Below, piece by piece: positions 1 through 9,856 of a stretch of 64,000 nucleotides of DNA; position 1 is the stretch's first letter; every line of letters starts with the position of its first letter. The DNA is taken from contig DATGVQ010000216.1 in assembly GCA_035300145.1 (NCBI GenBank), positions 439 through 64,438 of the forward strand. The letters are read 5' to 3'. Under the pieces are notes generated by a model. That model worked only from the letters and a program-made list of their open reading frames with translations. It was not told the origin of the DNA and did not search any database. The translations under genes and the position numbers were made by a program. This DNA is from Acidiferrobacterales bacterium (GTDB lineage Bacteria > Pseudomonadota > Gammaproteobacteria > Acidiferrobacterales > DATGVQ01).

Positions 1-1
1 A

Positions 2-976
2 TTACCCGATCCATTCACCGATAACGCCGGCTACTTTATGGTTATCGAGGTAACCGTAGAGCTTGTGCGGATTCAATCTCTCTCTGCCTATCCAGAAAGT
101 GTAAATAAAATGGTCTTTAATAGTTGCCAGATATTGATGTAATTTCATCGGCGTATAATCATCTGCAATGCGCTCGTCGTGCGACACATAATCGTCTTCC
201 GCAGAAAAATTACACCAATGAACAATATTAGTGGGATAGCGGCCATCATCGGATTCGTCGCAGTCGTACAATTGGCTTTTGACCGCCTCCTCTCCCAAGG
301 GAGATCCAAGAGTGACAAACAGGTTCACTTTCTTATCGTGGATTTCCCGGTATTCGCTCATCCGCGACACTTTCCATAATACGTCGTAGGCGATGATGCT
401 TCCCATGCTATGCGCGATTAAACAGATATCGTCACCGCGCTGCATGGCCGGCACCAACAGCCGCTGCAAGCGGTCGCGCACAATTGAGCCCACCGCCCGG
501 TATTGGAAATAAGCGCCGAGATCGGGCAGAAAGCGATTAACAATATGCTTGTTAATCCGGAGCAGTTCCGCGATCGGGCTGATGAAATCGGCGATTTCTT
601 CGCGGGCGCCTTTATCTTTCTCGCGCCGCTTTAGCGCATGATAAGTTTTTTTGTTCTGATCTCCGGTCTCAATGCTAAACAATCGCCGCATGGAATCATC
701 GTAACTGCCGTCGGTCTCGTACGAATAAGGCCACTGTAAAAATTTACTATCGAATTTCTTTCTTGGATGCTGGGTTTCGGCCCAGAGAATTGCATTATTG
801 ACATCGCCGTAATAGGCGAGATCCACCTGAATTTTCTGATTTTCGATTTTTCTGCCGGCGGCAGTGCCGTTTACTCGATTTAGACCATGTATTAATGCCT
901 GTCTGACCAGCCGTTCTTTTTCTTCTCTCCTTGGTTTAGTTGCACGTCCGTGCACCACGATAATTCGCTTAGCCAT
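2..976 (-). CDS. alpha/beta-fold serine hydrolase, lipase/esterase-like, function unknown
   Basis: 324-aa ORF with its stop codon at 2-4. Nucleophile elbow AHSMGS (GxSxG) is followed by LGSPLG. No signal peptide. Family-level call from motifs only. Confidence 0.5.
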   Translation of the reverse strand: MAKRIIVVHGRATKPRREEKERLVRQALIHGLNRVNGTAAGRKIENQKIQVDLAYYGDVNNAILWAETQHPRKKFDSKFLQWPYSYETDGSYDDSMRRLFSIETGDQNKKTYHALKRREKDKGAREEIADFISPIAELLRINKHIVNRFLPDLGAYFQYRAVGSIVRDRLQRLLVPAMQRGDDICLIAHSMGSIIAYDVLWKVSRMSEYREIHDKKVNLFVTLGSPLGEEAVKSQLYDCDESDDGRYPTNIVHWCNFSAEDDYVSHDERIADDYTPMKLHQYLATIKDHFIYTFWIGRERLNPHKLYGYLDNHKVAGVIGEWIG

Positions 977-1308
977 AGCCCTCCGTTAACACGATCGAGT
1001 CCAATATGTTGTTTAGATTATTTGCCGGTTATTTTCTACGTCTTATATTACTGTGCAGCTGCTGAGCCCGCCAAACTAAATCGGCCTCACCGTTTATTTA
1101 ATCGTTCTCTGGACTTCCAATAGCCTTAGGAGCAGCATAAGCTGGTCGTGAAAATCCGCAATATTTGGTTTATGCCGCAACAGCCTGTTTATAATGAAAA
1201 ACCTACTGGGGTTAAAATAAAAACAAGGCTTGTACCTCGGGTGGAAGCATCTGAACGGCAGTTCGCGCCGATAAAACCAATTTCGGTCAATTGTTCGGGG
1301 GAAGCGAT

Positions 1309-2406
1309 ATGAATAAAAAGTGGTTTCATTTAGGCATCTTTCAAAAAATACTCATTACTATGCTCGTGGTCGCGGTAGTCCCGCTAAGCGCCATCTGGTA
1401 TATCGATTATCGAAATTCAATTGAGCGCATCTCGAACGCCACGGATCAGCAACTCGCCGATATTTCCGACAAGCTGGTCGGTCAGGTAAATGACTGGGTC
1501 ACGATGAATCTTAAAGTGCTCAATCAGAATGCCGCGCTGGCCGAAGTGATCTCAATGGACGGCAGAAAACAAGGCCCGATATTGCGGTCGATACTCGACG
1601 AATATAAATGGAGTTATCTTGTTTTCACCATCGGGCCCGACGGCATGAACGTCGGGAGAAGCGACGACCTTAAGCTGCTCGATTACGGCGATCGGGCCTA
1701 TTTTAAGGACGTCATGAACGGCGCCCCTATGGGTAAACAGGTTTTGATCAGCAAGACCACAGGTAAACCGGCGGTGATTCTTTCTGCCCCGATTTTTGCT
1801 GCCGACAAAAAGACGGGCGAGAAAAAAATCGCCGGCGTGATTGCGATTGGCATGTTCATCGCGGAGATGTCGGAGCAAATTACCAATCTGCGGATCGGAA
1901 GAACCGGCTATGCCTTCCTCCTGGACGAAAACGGCAAAGTAGTCGCCCACCAAAAAGAGGAATATGCCGCGACCAGCGCAGACTTTAGCAAGCATCCGGC
2001 TTTTCAAAACCGCCCCGCCAGCGGCAAGAAAAAACTCATTTACGACGACGAGAACGGGAAAAAAGTTATCGCCTATGTGCAAACCACCAAGCAAGGGTGG
2101 CTTATGGTCGCGCAAGAGGACTACGATGAAATCTACGCCCCGATCCGGGAAGCCAATAATGAAGCTTTGATTCTTCTTAGCGTAACATTGTTCATCGTTC
2201 TGTTAATTGCTTATCTATTATCACAGCGGCTGTCTAATCCGATCAGAAATCTCACGCGTGTTGCCGACGAAATGAGTCGCGGCAGGGTGGTGGCACGGAT
2301 CGTCGAGCTCGGCAGAGACGACGAGATAGGCGCTCTTGCCAATGCCATCGACCGCATGGGTACAAGTATCAGGCTGGCGATTGATAAACTAAGCGCCAGG
2401 GCTTAA
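1309..2406 (+). CDS. membrane sensor with extracytoplasmic Cache-type domain and cytoplasmic HAMP domain, no output domain
   Basis: ATG at 1309 follows GGGGGAAG; the track ORF opens at TTG 1291. An N-terminal TM helix is followed by a ~270-aa region resembling chemoreceptor dCache, then a second TM (ALILLSVTLFIVLLIAYLL). The HAMP-like segment PIRNLTRVADEMSRG...DEIGALANAIDRM is followed by a stop ~20 aa later. Confidence 0.6.
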   Translation: MNKKWFHLGIFQKILITMLVVAVVPLSAIWYIDYRNSIERISNATDQQLADISDKLVGQVNDWVTMNLKVLNQNAALAEVISMDGRKQGPILRSILDEYKWSYLVFTIGPDGMNVGRSDDLKLLDYGDRAYFKDVMNGAPMGKQVLISKTTGKPAVILSAPIFAADKKTGEKKIAGVIAIGMFIAEMSEQITNLRIGRTGYAFLLDENGKVVAHQKEEYAATSADFSKHPAFQNRPASGKKKLIYDDENGKKVIAYVQTTKQGWLMVAQEDYDEIYAPIREANNEALILLSVTLFIVLLIAYLLSQRLSNPIRNLTRVADEMSRGRVVARIVELGRDDEIGALANAIDRMGTSIRLAIDKLSARA

Positions 2407-2439
2407 TGCCGCTTAGGCAACCGGCGCGGAGCATTACTG

Positions 2440-2964
2440 ATGAGCCCGGATGAACCGCTTACTTATAAACAGCTTATCGATCAGTTGCGGCGCTTTTGTG
2501 GGGAACACAAGACCGGCACCGTGCTGATTGCAACCGAAGATAATCAGCTGGTGCGCGTGCTGCTCGAGAAAGGGAATATCACTTTTTTAGCTTTTGGTCA
2601 GAAACAAGGTCAAGATGCGGTTCCGCTAATTCGAGAGATCAAAACTGGCCGCATTAAATTTTCCGAAGGCCACGTCGGCTCATCTGGCAAACAGGCTCTC
2701 CCACCCACCCGGGAAGTGCTGCAAGCGCTCGCCGGGACGCGGGCAACACCGGCGGCGGCGCTTAAAATCATCGAGAATGAATTAATTGATGTGCTTGGAC
2801 CGATGGGCAGCATAATTTGTGCGGAGCATTTAAAAAAGGCCGGCGATTTGACGCAGGCAAGCGCGTTGACTGATTTCATAAACGTCGTAGCGAGAGAAAT
2901 CAAAGACGCAACAAAAACCAGACGTTTCAAAGAAGAAGTGCTGAAAAAAATAGGTGGTTCATGA
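2440..2964 (+). CDS. hypothetical protein, N-terminal DUF4388-like domain
   Basis: 174-aa ORF starting 34 nt after the Cache-HAMP gene. The segment KTGTVLIATEDNQLVRVLLEKGNITFLAFGQKQGQDAV...GRIKF resembles the DUF4388 pattern (ktG.L.v...g.iyf.eG.i..A..g...G.eA). Recognised from memory only. Confidence 0.35.
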   Translation: MSPDEPLTYKQLIDQLRRFCGEHKTGTVLIATEDNQLVRVLLEKGNITFLAFGQKQGQDAVPLIREIKTGRIKFSEGHVGSSGKQALPPTREVLQALAGTRATPAAALKIIENELIDVLGPMGSIICAEHLKKAGDLTQASALTDFINVVAREIKDATKTRRFKEEVLKKIGGS

Positions 2965-3145
2965 GCAAACTCCGCCCATGCCGGTAATCACGCTGTCTTA
3001 CCGCGAGCCCGTGTCTTCGACTGAGCAAGTATGTCCTTTCAGGTAAACTTACGGAAAATCCGGCCTAAATCCTTTTCAAGAGATTCGAAAACAAACACCC
3101 TATAAGCACCTATGATCTATATATTGTAGAAGTAAGATCAGTCAT

Positions 3146-4042
3146 ATGATTCGCTGCATTCGCATAAAACCCCTGCTTGTCTTTTCATTTTTCGTGGCCT
3201 TTTATCTCGGCATAAACCCTAGTCCGGCGAAGGCTGAAATTGAACACCGTTTTTTTAAAACAAGCGATAATGTGCAGCTGCACTATATTGAGGCCGGCAA
3301 GGGACAGACGCTGGTGTTTGTGCCCGGCTGGGTCACGCCTGCGGAGATTTGGGAACCGCAGATCCATTATTTTTCACAAAGGTTTCATGTGGTCGCCTTG
3401 GATCCCCGTTCTCAAGGCGAATCGGCAATCGCCAAAACCGGACACGAACCGGAACGAAGGGCACGGGACATTAAAGAGCTGATCGATAATCTGAAGGTCG
3501 ATTCGGTGGTGTTGGTAGGATGGTCGCTCGGGGTATTGGAGTCATTGGCCTACATAAAGTCTTTCGGCACAGACCATCTTGACGCCTTGGTGCTGGTGGA
3601 TAATTCCATCGGCGAGGATCCGCCGCCGGTGAGCGACCCGACTTTTCTGTCGCGCTTAAAAAATGACCGCGTGACGACGATCAGACGATTTATACGGGGG
3701 ATGTATAAAACCGCCCAGACCGAAGACTATTATCAAAAGATCATATCTCAATCTCTTAAGACACCGCTTGCTGCGAGTGTTTCCCTATTAAACAATTATT
3801 ATCCAAGAGAGGTTTGGAAACGCATTGTTTATCAGACAGAAAAGCCTATCCTCTATATAGTCACTCCACGTTTCAAACAGCAGGCGGAAAATCTGAAAGC
3901 ACACAAGCCGGAAGTCTCGATTGAGGTGTTTGAGCATGCCGGGCATGCTCTTTTTGTTGATGAGAAACAGCGTTTCAACAAACTGATGGAGGACTTTGTC
4001 CAGAAAAAGGTTGTCGGCCAGACACAGGGTTTGCAACGATAA
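3146..4042 (+). CDS. secreted alpha/beta hydrolase
   Basis: 298 aa. N-terminal signal peptide ends in PAKA-EIE. HG-type oxyanion region (LVFVPGW) and nucleophile motif GWSLG are present, with a C-terminal HAGHALF histidine region. Confidence 0.7.
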   Translation: MIRCIRIKPLLVFSFFVAFYLGINPSPAKAEIEHRFFKTSDNVQLHYIEAGKGQTLVFVPGWVTPAEIWEPQIHYFSQRFHVVALDPRSQGESAIAKTGHEPERRARDIKELIDNLKVDSVVLVGWSLGVLESLAYIKSFGTDHLDALVLVDNSIGEDPPPVSDPTFLSRLKNDRVTTIRRFIRGMYKTAQTEDYYQKIISQSLKTPLAASVSLLNNYYPREVWKRIVYQTEKPILYIVTPRFKQQAENLKAHKPEVSIEVFEHAGHALFVDEKQRFNKLMEDFVQKKVVGQTQGLQR

Positions 4043-4063
4043 CAAATGGGAGCCTAGGATTTA

Positions 4064-6547
4064 ATGTTTTCTCATACTAAGGCACGGCTCGCGCCGTTGT
4101 TTTTGGTTTCACTTGCATCGGTTGGTTTCGAGATTTCTCTAACCCGTTATTTCGCCATTGCCAGCTGGTCGGAATACGGTTACTGGGTGATCTCCATCAC
4201 CATGGTCGGCTTTTCCGCAAGCGGTGTCATTTTGAGCCTGTTTAAAGATTCTTTCGTAAAGCGAGGAGAAACTTTTCTATTCACTATACCGCTGTTTCTA
4301 ACCCTGTTTGCCTGCCTCGGCTATTATTTAACCACCATCAATCCGTTTAACCCGCTCGAATTTCAAAACCGGGACCTTTGGTTTGATCAGTTATTAAATA
4401 TCTGGAAATACTACGCGGCGCTGTTTCCTTTCTTCTTTCTGGCCGGGTTTTATATCGGGCTTTATTTCGTTCTATTCCAGGAAGAAATACCGCGGATCTA
4501 TGGCGCGGATCTGGCCGGCGCCGGCGTCGGCGCCTTGATAATTTTGCTGCTGATGTTCTGGATACACCCGTTTTATCTTCCGGTAGTGTTATTGCCTTTT
4601 CTTGTGCTGGCCAGCTTTTTGAACTTACCGAAGAAAATGAAGCAGCGTAACGCCTTCTTCGTTACCGCCGCATTACTACTCGCGGCAGGTGAAGTTGTCG
4701 TTGTGAAATTCAACTATGCCCATTTCAACGAGTACAAGAGCATCTATCCAGCGCTCCATGTACAAGGCAACCATGTGGTGCGGGAAATTAAATCTCCACG
4801 CGGCTATTTTATGGTGCTGGATAATTTCACTGAACGCCTGGATACGGATTTTTCCAACAACTTCGAAGTTCTCAAGGCCGCCGGACCGCCGACGACCTTC
4901 GGTTTATACAATGATGGCAACCGCGTCACTTCCTTGCCCAAGCACTCGAATTACAATTCATCCTACATTAAAGCGGCGCTGGACGCGTTTCCGTTTGAAT
5001 TAAAACCTGCGCCGCAGGTGATTTTAATCGGCACACGCGGTGGTTTCCGGATCAAAGAGGCTTTAAGCCTAGGCGCCGCCTCGATATTGGCGCTGGAGCC
5101 GGATGAGACGCTTTTCAGCCTGATCCAGGAACAAATCGCCATCGAGCAAGATCCCGCACTTAAAAGCCGCGTTAAGATAACCAACCAATCGCCGGCGATA
5201 ATCTCTTCCCTCGGCGAGTCAAAATTCGATTTGATCGATATCGCGTCGGATTTTCTCGGTCAGGCTGACGCGAATAAATTCGCCTTTACCGTAGAAGCAG
5301 TGCAGGGTTATGTCCATGCGCTTAACCACGATGGAATTATCTCTATCCCGGTTTCCATCCGCGAATTCACCGTCTATGCGGCAAAAATGCTGGAAACCGT
5401 GCAACGCGCGCTTTCCGATCTCGGCATCGCCGCGCCGGCGGACCATATTATGGTTTACCGTTCCAGCTGGAATGTGCGTATGCTGGTTTCGAAACAGCCG
5501 TTTAACGCCGCGCAAATCAAACTTTTACGCAGCTTTTGCCATAAACGTTCATTCGACACCTCTTATTTCCCAGGCATTGATCCCGCAAAAATACAGGTTT
5601 GGAATGATCTCCCCGCGGTTTCACTTGAACAGGAACGGGTGCTCTCGCGTTCCGACAAAGCCAATGACGCCTTGATGCAACAAAACCTGCAAATCCTTTC
5701 TCCAGCAAATGCGGCATTCCTGAAAGATAATTTTTTTAATTTGGCCGCCTCGACTTACGACAGGCCGTTTTTCTACTCTATCCTTCGTCTGGGTAAGCTA
5801 AAACAGGTACTTAACAAAATCGCCCTGATCCCGCGCGAAGAGATCGGCTACCTTATTAATGTCGCAGTTTTGCTTCAGGCGGTGTTATTTGCCATCGCTA
5901 TTCTAGGGCTGCCCTTGATCCGTTGGCGGGCAAAAAGACCGGAAACCAGCATCATCCTAAAATCCATTTTATATTTCGCCGGACTTGGGTTAGGTTTTCT
6001 TTTTCTGGAAATCTTTTTAATTGAGAAAGTCGCCTTTTTTCTCAACGATCGCACTTATGCCTTCGCGGTAGTGCTCTCCGGCATGCTGGTTTTTTCCGGT
6101 ATGGGTAGCTACGTTTCCAGCGCCTACCTGAGTAATCCTAAAAAGGGCGTTGCCCTGGCGAGCCTTATTATCTTTTCCTGGATTCTATTGGCCATTTTCT
6201 TATTGGACAGTATCCTGCTGGCATTTTTGGCACTGCCTTTTGCCGCCAAGTGCGCTCTCATAATAATACTCGTAGCGCCGCTTTCATTTGCACTCGGATT
6301 TCCATTTCCGCTCGGACTTTTCTTTTTCCGTGGCGAACAGAGCAACTTTCTACCCTGGGCTTGGAGCCTGAACGGCGCGTTCTCCGTAATCTCCACTCCT
6401 CTTGCCAACTTGCTCGCCATCACTGCGGGCTATAAAATGTTATTGATCGCCTCGCTTTTGCTTTATGCGATGATTTTTGTGATGTTCCCGATTCCTATAA
6501 GGCAGAAACAATATCTATCCGCACCGCTCACTCAAGAAGCTAAATAA
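4064..6547 (+). CDS. fused polytopic membrane (MFS-like) / spermidine synthase-like protein
   Basis: 827 aa. About 7 N-terminal and 7 C-terminal hydrophobic helices flank a ~330-aa soluble Rossmann-like domain (VILIGTRGGFRIKEALSLGAASILALEPD). Starts 22 nt after the hydrolase stop. Confidence 0.6.
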   Translation: MFSHTKARLAPLFLVSLASVGFEISLTRYFAIASWSEYGYWVISITMVGFSASGVILSLFKDSFVKRGETFLFTIPLFLTLFACLGYYLTTINPFNPLEFQNRDLWFDQLLNIWKYYAALFPFFFLAGFYIGLYFVLFQEEIPRIYGADLAGAGVGALIILLLMFWIHPFYLPVVLLPFLVLASFLNLPKKMKQRNAFFVTAALLLAAGEVVVVKFNYAHFNEYKSIYPALHVQGNHVVREIKSPRGYFMVLDNFTERLDTDFSNNFEVLKAAGPPTTFGLYNDGNRVTSLPKHSNYNSSYIKAALDAFPFELKPAPQVILIGTRGGFRIKEALSLGAASILALEPDETLFSLIQEQIAIEQDPALKSRVKITNQSPAIISSLGESKFDLIDIASDFLGQADANKFAFTVEAVQGYVHALNHDGIISIPVSIREFTVYAAKMLETVQRALSDLGIAAPADHIMVYRSSWNVRMLVSKQPFNAAQIKLLRSFCHKRSFDTSYFPGIDPAKIQVWNDLPAVSLEQERVLSRSDKANDALMQQNLQILSPANAAFLKDNFFNLAASTYDRPFFYSILRLGKLKQVLNKIALIPREEIGYLINVAVLLQAVLFAIAILGLPLIRWRAKRPETSIILKSILYFAGLGLGFLFLEIFLIEKVAFFLNDRTYAFAVVLSGMLVFSGMGSYVSSAYLSNPKKGVALASLIIFSWILLAIFLLDSILLAFLALPFAAKCALIIILVAPLSFALGFPFPLGLFFFRGEQSNFLPWAWSLNGAFSVISTPLANLLAITAGYKMLLIASLLLYAMIFVMFPIPIRQKQYLSAPLTQEAK

Positions 6548-6548
6548 A

Positions 6549-7433
6549 ATGCAAAACCTACCCAAACTGATTCTGCTCGGCGTTCTGCTCCAGATCTCTT
6601 TTGCTTACGCCACCGATGAAAACCGACAACCTGACAGCGGCAAGGCGAGCACGGCACTTGGGACCCCAGACTGGACCTATGAGAAATTTAACAAAGCCTT
6701 TGCAGAAAGTGGCCGCAAAATTGTCATCTCGGAGAAAAGTTTTAATGACATCCAGGAAAGGAAAAAAATCGCTTTAAAAGAAATCGACATGTATTTGAAA
6801 GAACGGCTGGGCAAAGCCGACCCGATTGTCATGCAGGCGTTTGCCGAGATCCCGCGCGAATATTTCCATTATCATTACGCGGACAAATACGCTTTTGTCA
6901 CCGCCGCCTATGAAGAAAAGGCGAAGCCCTGGGCGATCGGTTACGGTTCCGCGCTAAGCGATTATCTAGGCCAGGCCTATATGACGCAGTTGGCGCAGCC
7001 TACGAGCGAAAGTGTCGTGTTGGAAATCGGTACCGGCAGCGGCTTCCAGATTTCCCTGCTTTCCCGGATCGTCAAAAAAGCCTATTCAATAGAAATCATC
7101 GAGCCGCTGGGCAATGCGGTGGCCAAGATTTTCAAGCCTTTACATTATGATAACGTTCAAACCCGGGTAGGGGACGGCTATTTCGGCTGGCCGGAGGTGC
7201 GCGAGGGTTTTGATGTCATCATCGTTACTTGCGCCGCGCAATACGTGCCGCCGGCGTTGTTTAAGCAACTCAGATCCGGCGGCCGCCTGGTGATTCCCAT
7301 CGGCCAACCGTTTAAAAAGGGTCAAGTGCTGTATGTTTATACCAAAGACAAGGAAGGAAAAATCCACTCGCGCAAAGACGTCGGCGTGTATTTCATTCCG
7401 ATGACAGGAGCGATGGAAAAAGACGGGGGTTGA
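6549..7433 (+). CDS. protein-L-isoaspartate O-methyltransferase family protein with N-terminal signal peptide or anchor
   Basis: 294 aa. SAM motif VLEIGTGSGFQ and the PCMT-type LVIPIG motif are present. The N-terminus MQNLPKLILLGVLLQISFAYA-TD looks like a Sec signal. Start is 1 nt after the preceding stop. Confidence 0.7.
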   Translation: MQNLPKLILLGVLLQISFAYATDENRQPDSGKASTALGTPDWTYEKFNKAFAESGRKIVISEKSFNDIQERKKIALKEIDMYLKERLGKADPIVMQAFAEIPREYFHYHYADKYAFVTAAYEEKAKPWAIGYGSALSDYLGQAYMTQLAQPTSESVVLEIGTGSGFQISLLSRIVKKAYSIEIIEPLGNAVAKIFKPLHYDNVQTRVGDGYFGWPEVREGFDVIIVTCAAQYVPPALFKQLRSGGRLVIPIGQPFKKGQVLYVYTKDKEGKIHSRKDVGVYFIPMTGAMEKDGG

Positions 7434-7533
7434 TGCATAAGACCCATCGGCAGTCCTCCTTTATTCCGATGCGTACAAGGCTAGCTTCCGCCTCATTGGA
7501 ATTGCAACGCTGAACGCCTGCATGTATTTCTAG

Positions 7534-7905
7534 GCAGACTGCCAAAAACAACACCATTACGCCTTCGAGTTTCGTAATTCGAGTTGGCACACACCGGAAA
7601 TCTATTCCATATTGGAACACCGGGTGGTATTTTGTATTTATCAACTGGCCGGATTTATGTCCCCGCTGACCGCTACTACTGATTTTGTTTATATCCGGCT
7701 GCATGCTCCTACTGAGAAAAAATACGAAGGCGATTACCCTATCGAAACGCTGCGTGTGCGGGCCGAACGTGCGCATTCCTGGGAGCGTCAAGACAAAGAT
7801 GTATATATCTACTTCGATAATGATCAAGCCGGCTATGCGGTTAAGAACGCAATCACCTTGAACGAAACGGTGAACGCAAAAAAATCAGATGTTCACGCGC
7901 TGTAA
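7534..7905 (+). pseudogene. DUF72 (YecE-like) gene, 3' fragment lacking its N-terminal portion (estimated ~120 codons, from memory of family size)
   Basis: The frame opens right after TAG at 7531-7533 and reads HYAFEFRNSSWHTPEIYSILE...FVYIRLHAPTEKKYEGDY...VYIYFDNDQAGYAVKNA. This matches the C-terminal half of DUF72 proteins. There is no ATG/GTG in frame; the only candidate start is TTG at 7612. Confidence 0.6.
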
Positions 7906-8799
7906 GGCCAGCGTACCGGAACGGCCGTCTATCTCACCGGCAATCAAATCGCATATCGGAATTGAACGCGGATTCTTTAACAAGGTTTGCGCTAAATCGC
8001 CTAAGGCAATAAAACGTACTCCTTGTGCCAATGCGCGCGTTAAAAACTCACGAAACCAGGGGAGTTTGCCCATGCCTTCGATTTCCGCATGTACGGTTAA
8101 TACATTAGGAGTTTTACTGCGCAATAAAGACAAATAATGGTCGACCAGCTTTTCTTGCGGAAATTCCGGCCGTCCCATTAATTCATCCAGCGTGGGAAGA
8201 GTGCTCGGAATTTGCAACGCATTGTAGACAATACCGTTTACCCGCGGATAGAACGGAAATATGCCGCGCGCATCGCTGGCATACAGCAAACCGGCGGCGT
8301 CATAGGCCGCGAGACTGGACGCGTTCGCTTGCCAACCGGCGGCGCCGGCGGTGCGCGCCGGCGTCCCGAAGATGCGCTCAAATTCCTGTCCTGCTTTAAT
8401 GAACTCTGCTTGCACTTCTTGCGCAGACATCTTCTCCAGATCATCTTGCCAGCGCACGTGGTCATAGCAATGAATGCCGACTTCATACCCTCGGTCGCGC
8501 ACCGCGCGCATCACATCGGCATTGCGCCTACCGATGTGTGGCGCCGGCAGCAGTGTCCCGTTTAGCAACGTGCGAATGCCATAAACGCTGACGACGCTGG
8601 TGCGTTGCACCTTGCGGAAGAATCCCGGCCGGAGTATGCGCTTGATGGCGCGCCCGGTATTATCCGGCCCCAAAGAAAACAAAAATGTCGCCGGTAGCCT
8701 GAATTCAGCAAATAATGCGGCTAAGTTAGGCACACCGATACGTGTGCCGCGGTCAGTATCGACGTCTACTTTGATAGCAAGAATAGTATCCGGCATCAC
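7885..8799 (-). CDS. arnD: 4-deoxy-4-formamido-L-arabinose-phosphoundecaprenol deformylase (polysaccharide deacetylase family)
   Basis: 304 aa. The N-terminus LAIKVDVDTDRGTRIGVPNL...LPATFLFSLGPDNTGRAIKRI is typical of ArnD. It is the last gene of the arn cluster. Confidence 0.8.
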   Translation of the reverse strand: MMPDTILAIKVDVDTDRGTRIGVPNLAALFAEFRLPATFLFSLGPDNTGRAIKRILRPGFFRKVQRTSVVSVYGIRTLLNGTLLPAPHIGRRNADVMRAVRDRGYEVGIHCYDHVRWQDDLEKMSAQEVQAEFIKAGQEFERIFGTPARTAGAAGWQANASSLAAYDAAGLLYASDARGIFPFYPRVNGIVYNALQIPSTLPTLDELMGRPEFPQEKLVDHYLSLLRSKTPNVLTVHAEIEGMGKLPWFREFLTRALAQGVRFIALGDLAQTLLKNPRSIPICDLIAGEIDGRSGTLALQRVNI

Positions 8800-8806
8800 T
8801 GAATAC

Positions 8807-9856
8807 TTAAGCTAACTCCTGGGATGGGCGACCCAAGTGATACTCCAGCGTTTTACGCAGGGCGGTTTTAAGATCCGTGGTCGGCGTCCAACCGAGATAG
8901 CGCTGGGCGTTTTTAATTGACGGGACGCGCGTCAGTATATCTTGGTAGCCTTTGCCATAATAATCATCCGATTTCACTGCCACGATCTTTACATTCTCAG
9001 CAAGCCGGGCATATTTAGGATAGGTTTTAATTAGTGCAACTAAAGTCTCGGCGAGCTCGCGTATGGACATATCATTAGCCGGGTTACCAAGATTGAAAAT
9101 GCGTCCATCGGCACAGCCATCACGATTCTCGATGATACGTAACAGCGCGTCAACACCGTCGTCGATATAAGTGAAGCTGCGCCGCTGGGCACCCCCGTCG
9201 ACCAATTGAATATCCTTGCCGCGCAGAATGTTGCCGACAAATTGCGTCAGCACGCGCGAACTGCCTTCTTTCGGCTCCAGGATATTATCGAGCTTCGGAC
9301 CAATCCAGTTAAACGGCCGGAACAAGGTGAATTTAAGGCCTTGCTTGGCACCATAGGCGTAGATGACGCGATCCAGCAATTGCTTGGAGCAAGAGTAGAT
9401 CCAGCGTTGTTTATGAATCGGCCCGAGCACCAGATTGCTATTCTCTTCATCGAACTCAGCATCGGTGCTCATGCCATATACTTCCGAAGTCGATGGGAAC
9501 AGCACCCGCTTACGATAGCGCACGCATTCGCGCACGATGTCGAGATTCGCTTCAAAGTCGAGCTCGAACACGCGCAAGGGATCTTGCACGTAGGTGGCGG
9601 GCGTGGCGATGGCAACCAACGGCAATGCCACATCGCATTTCTTGACATGATATTCGATCCACTCTTTGTTTATCGTGATGTCGCCTTCAACAAAATGGAA
9701 GCGCTCGTGTTTCAAGCAATTTCCCAATTTATCGTCGCTCATGTCCATGCCGTACACTTCCCAGTCCTTGCGTTCCAAGATATGTTGCGTCAGGCTGTTG
9801 CCGATGAATCCGTTAACGCCGAGAATGAGAACCTTAAGACCCATGTTGTGCTCCAT
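8807..9856 (-). CDS. arnA: UDP-glucuronate decarboxylase/dehydrogenase (ArnA C-terminal domain as a separate protein)
   Basis: 349 aa. KVLILGVNGFIGNSL Rossmann motif and SDR YxxxK (YSCSK) are present. ATG at 9854-9856 overlaps the upstream TAA (TAATG); an alternative ATG lies at 9844. Confidence 0.8.
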   Translation of the reverse strand: MEHNMGLKVLILGVNGFIGNSLTQHILERKDWEVYGMDMSDDKLGNCLKHERFHFVEGDITINKEWIEYHVKKCDVALPLVAIATPATYVQDPLRVFELDFEANLDIVRECVRYRKRVLFPSTSEVYGMSTDAEFDEENSNLVLGPIHKQRWIYSCSKQLLDRVIYAYGAKQGLKFTLFRPFNWIGPKLDNILEPKEGSSRVLTQFVGNILRGKDIQLVDGGAQRRSFTYIDDGVDALLRIIENRDGCADGRIFNLGNPANDMSIRELAETLVALIKTYPKYARLAENVKIVAVKSDDYYGKGYQDILTRVPSIKNAQRYLGWTPTTDLKTALRKTLEYHLGRPSQELA

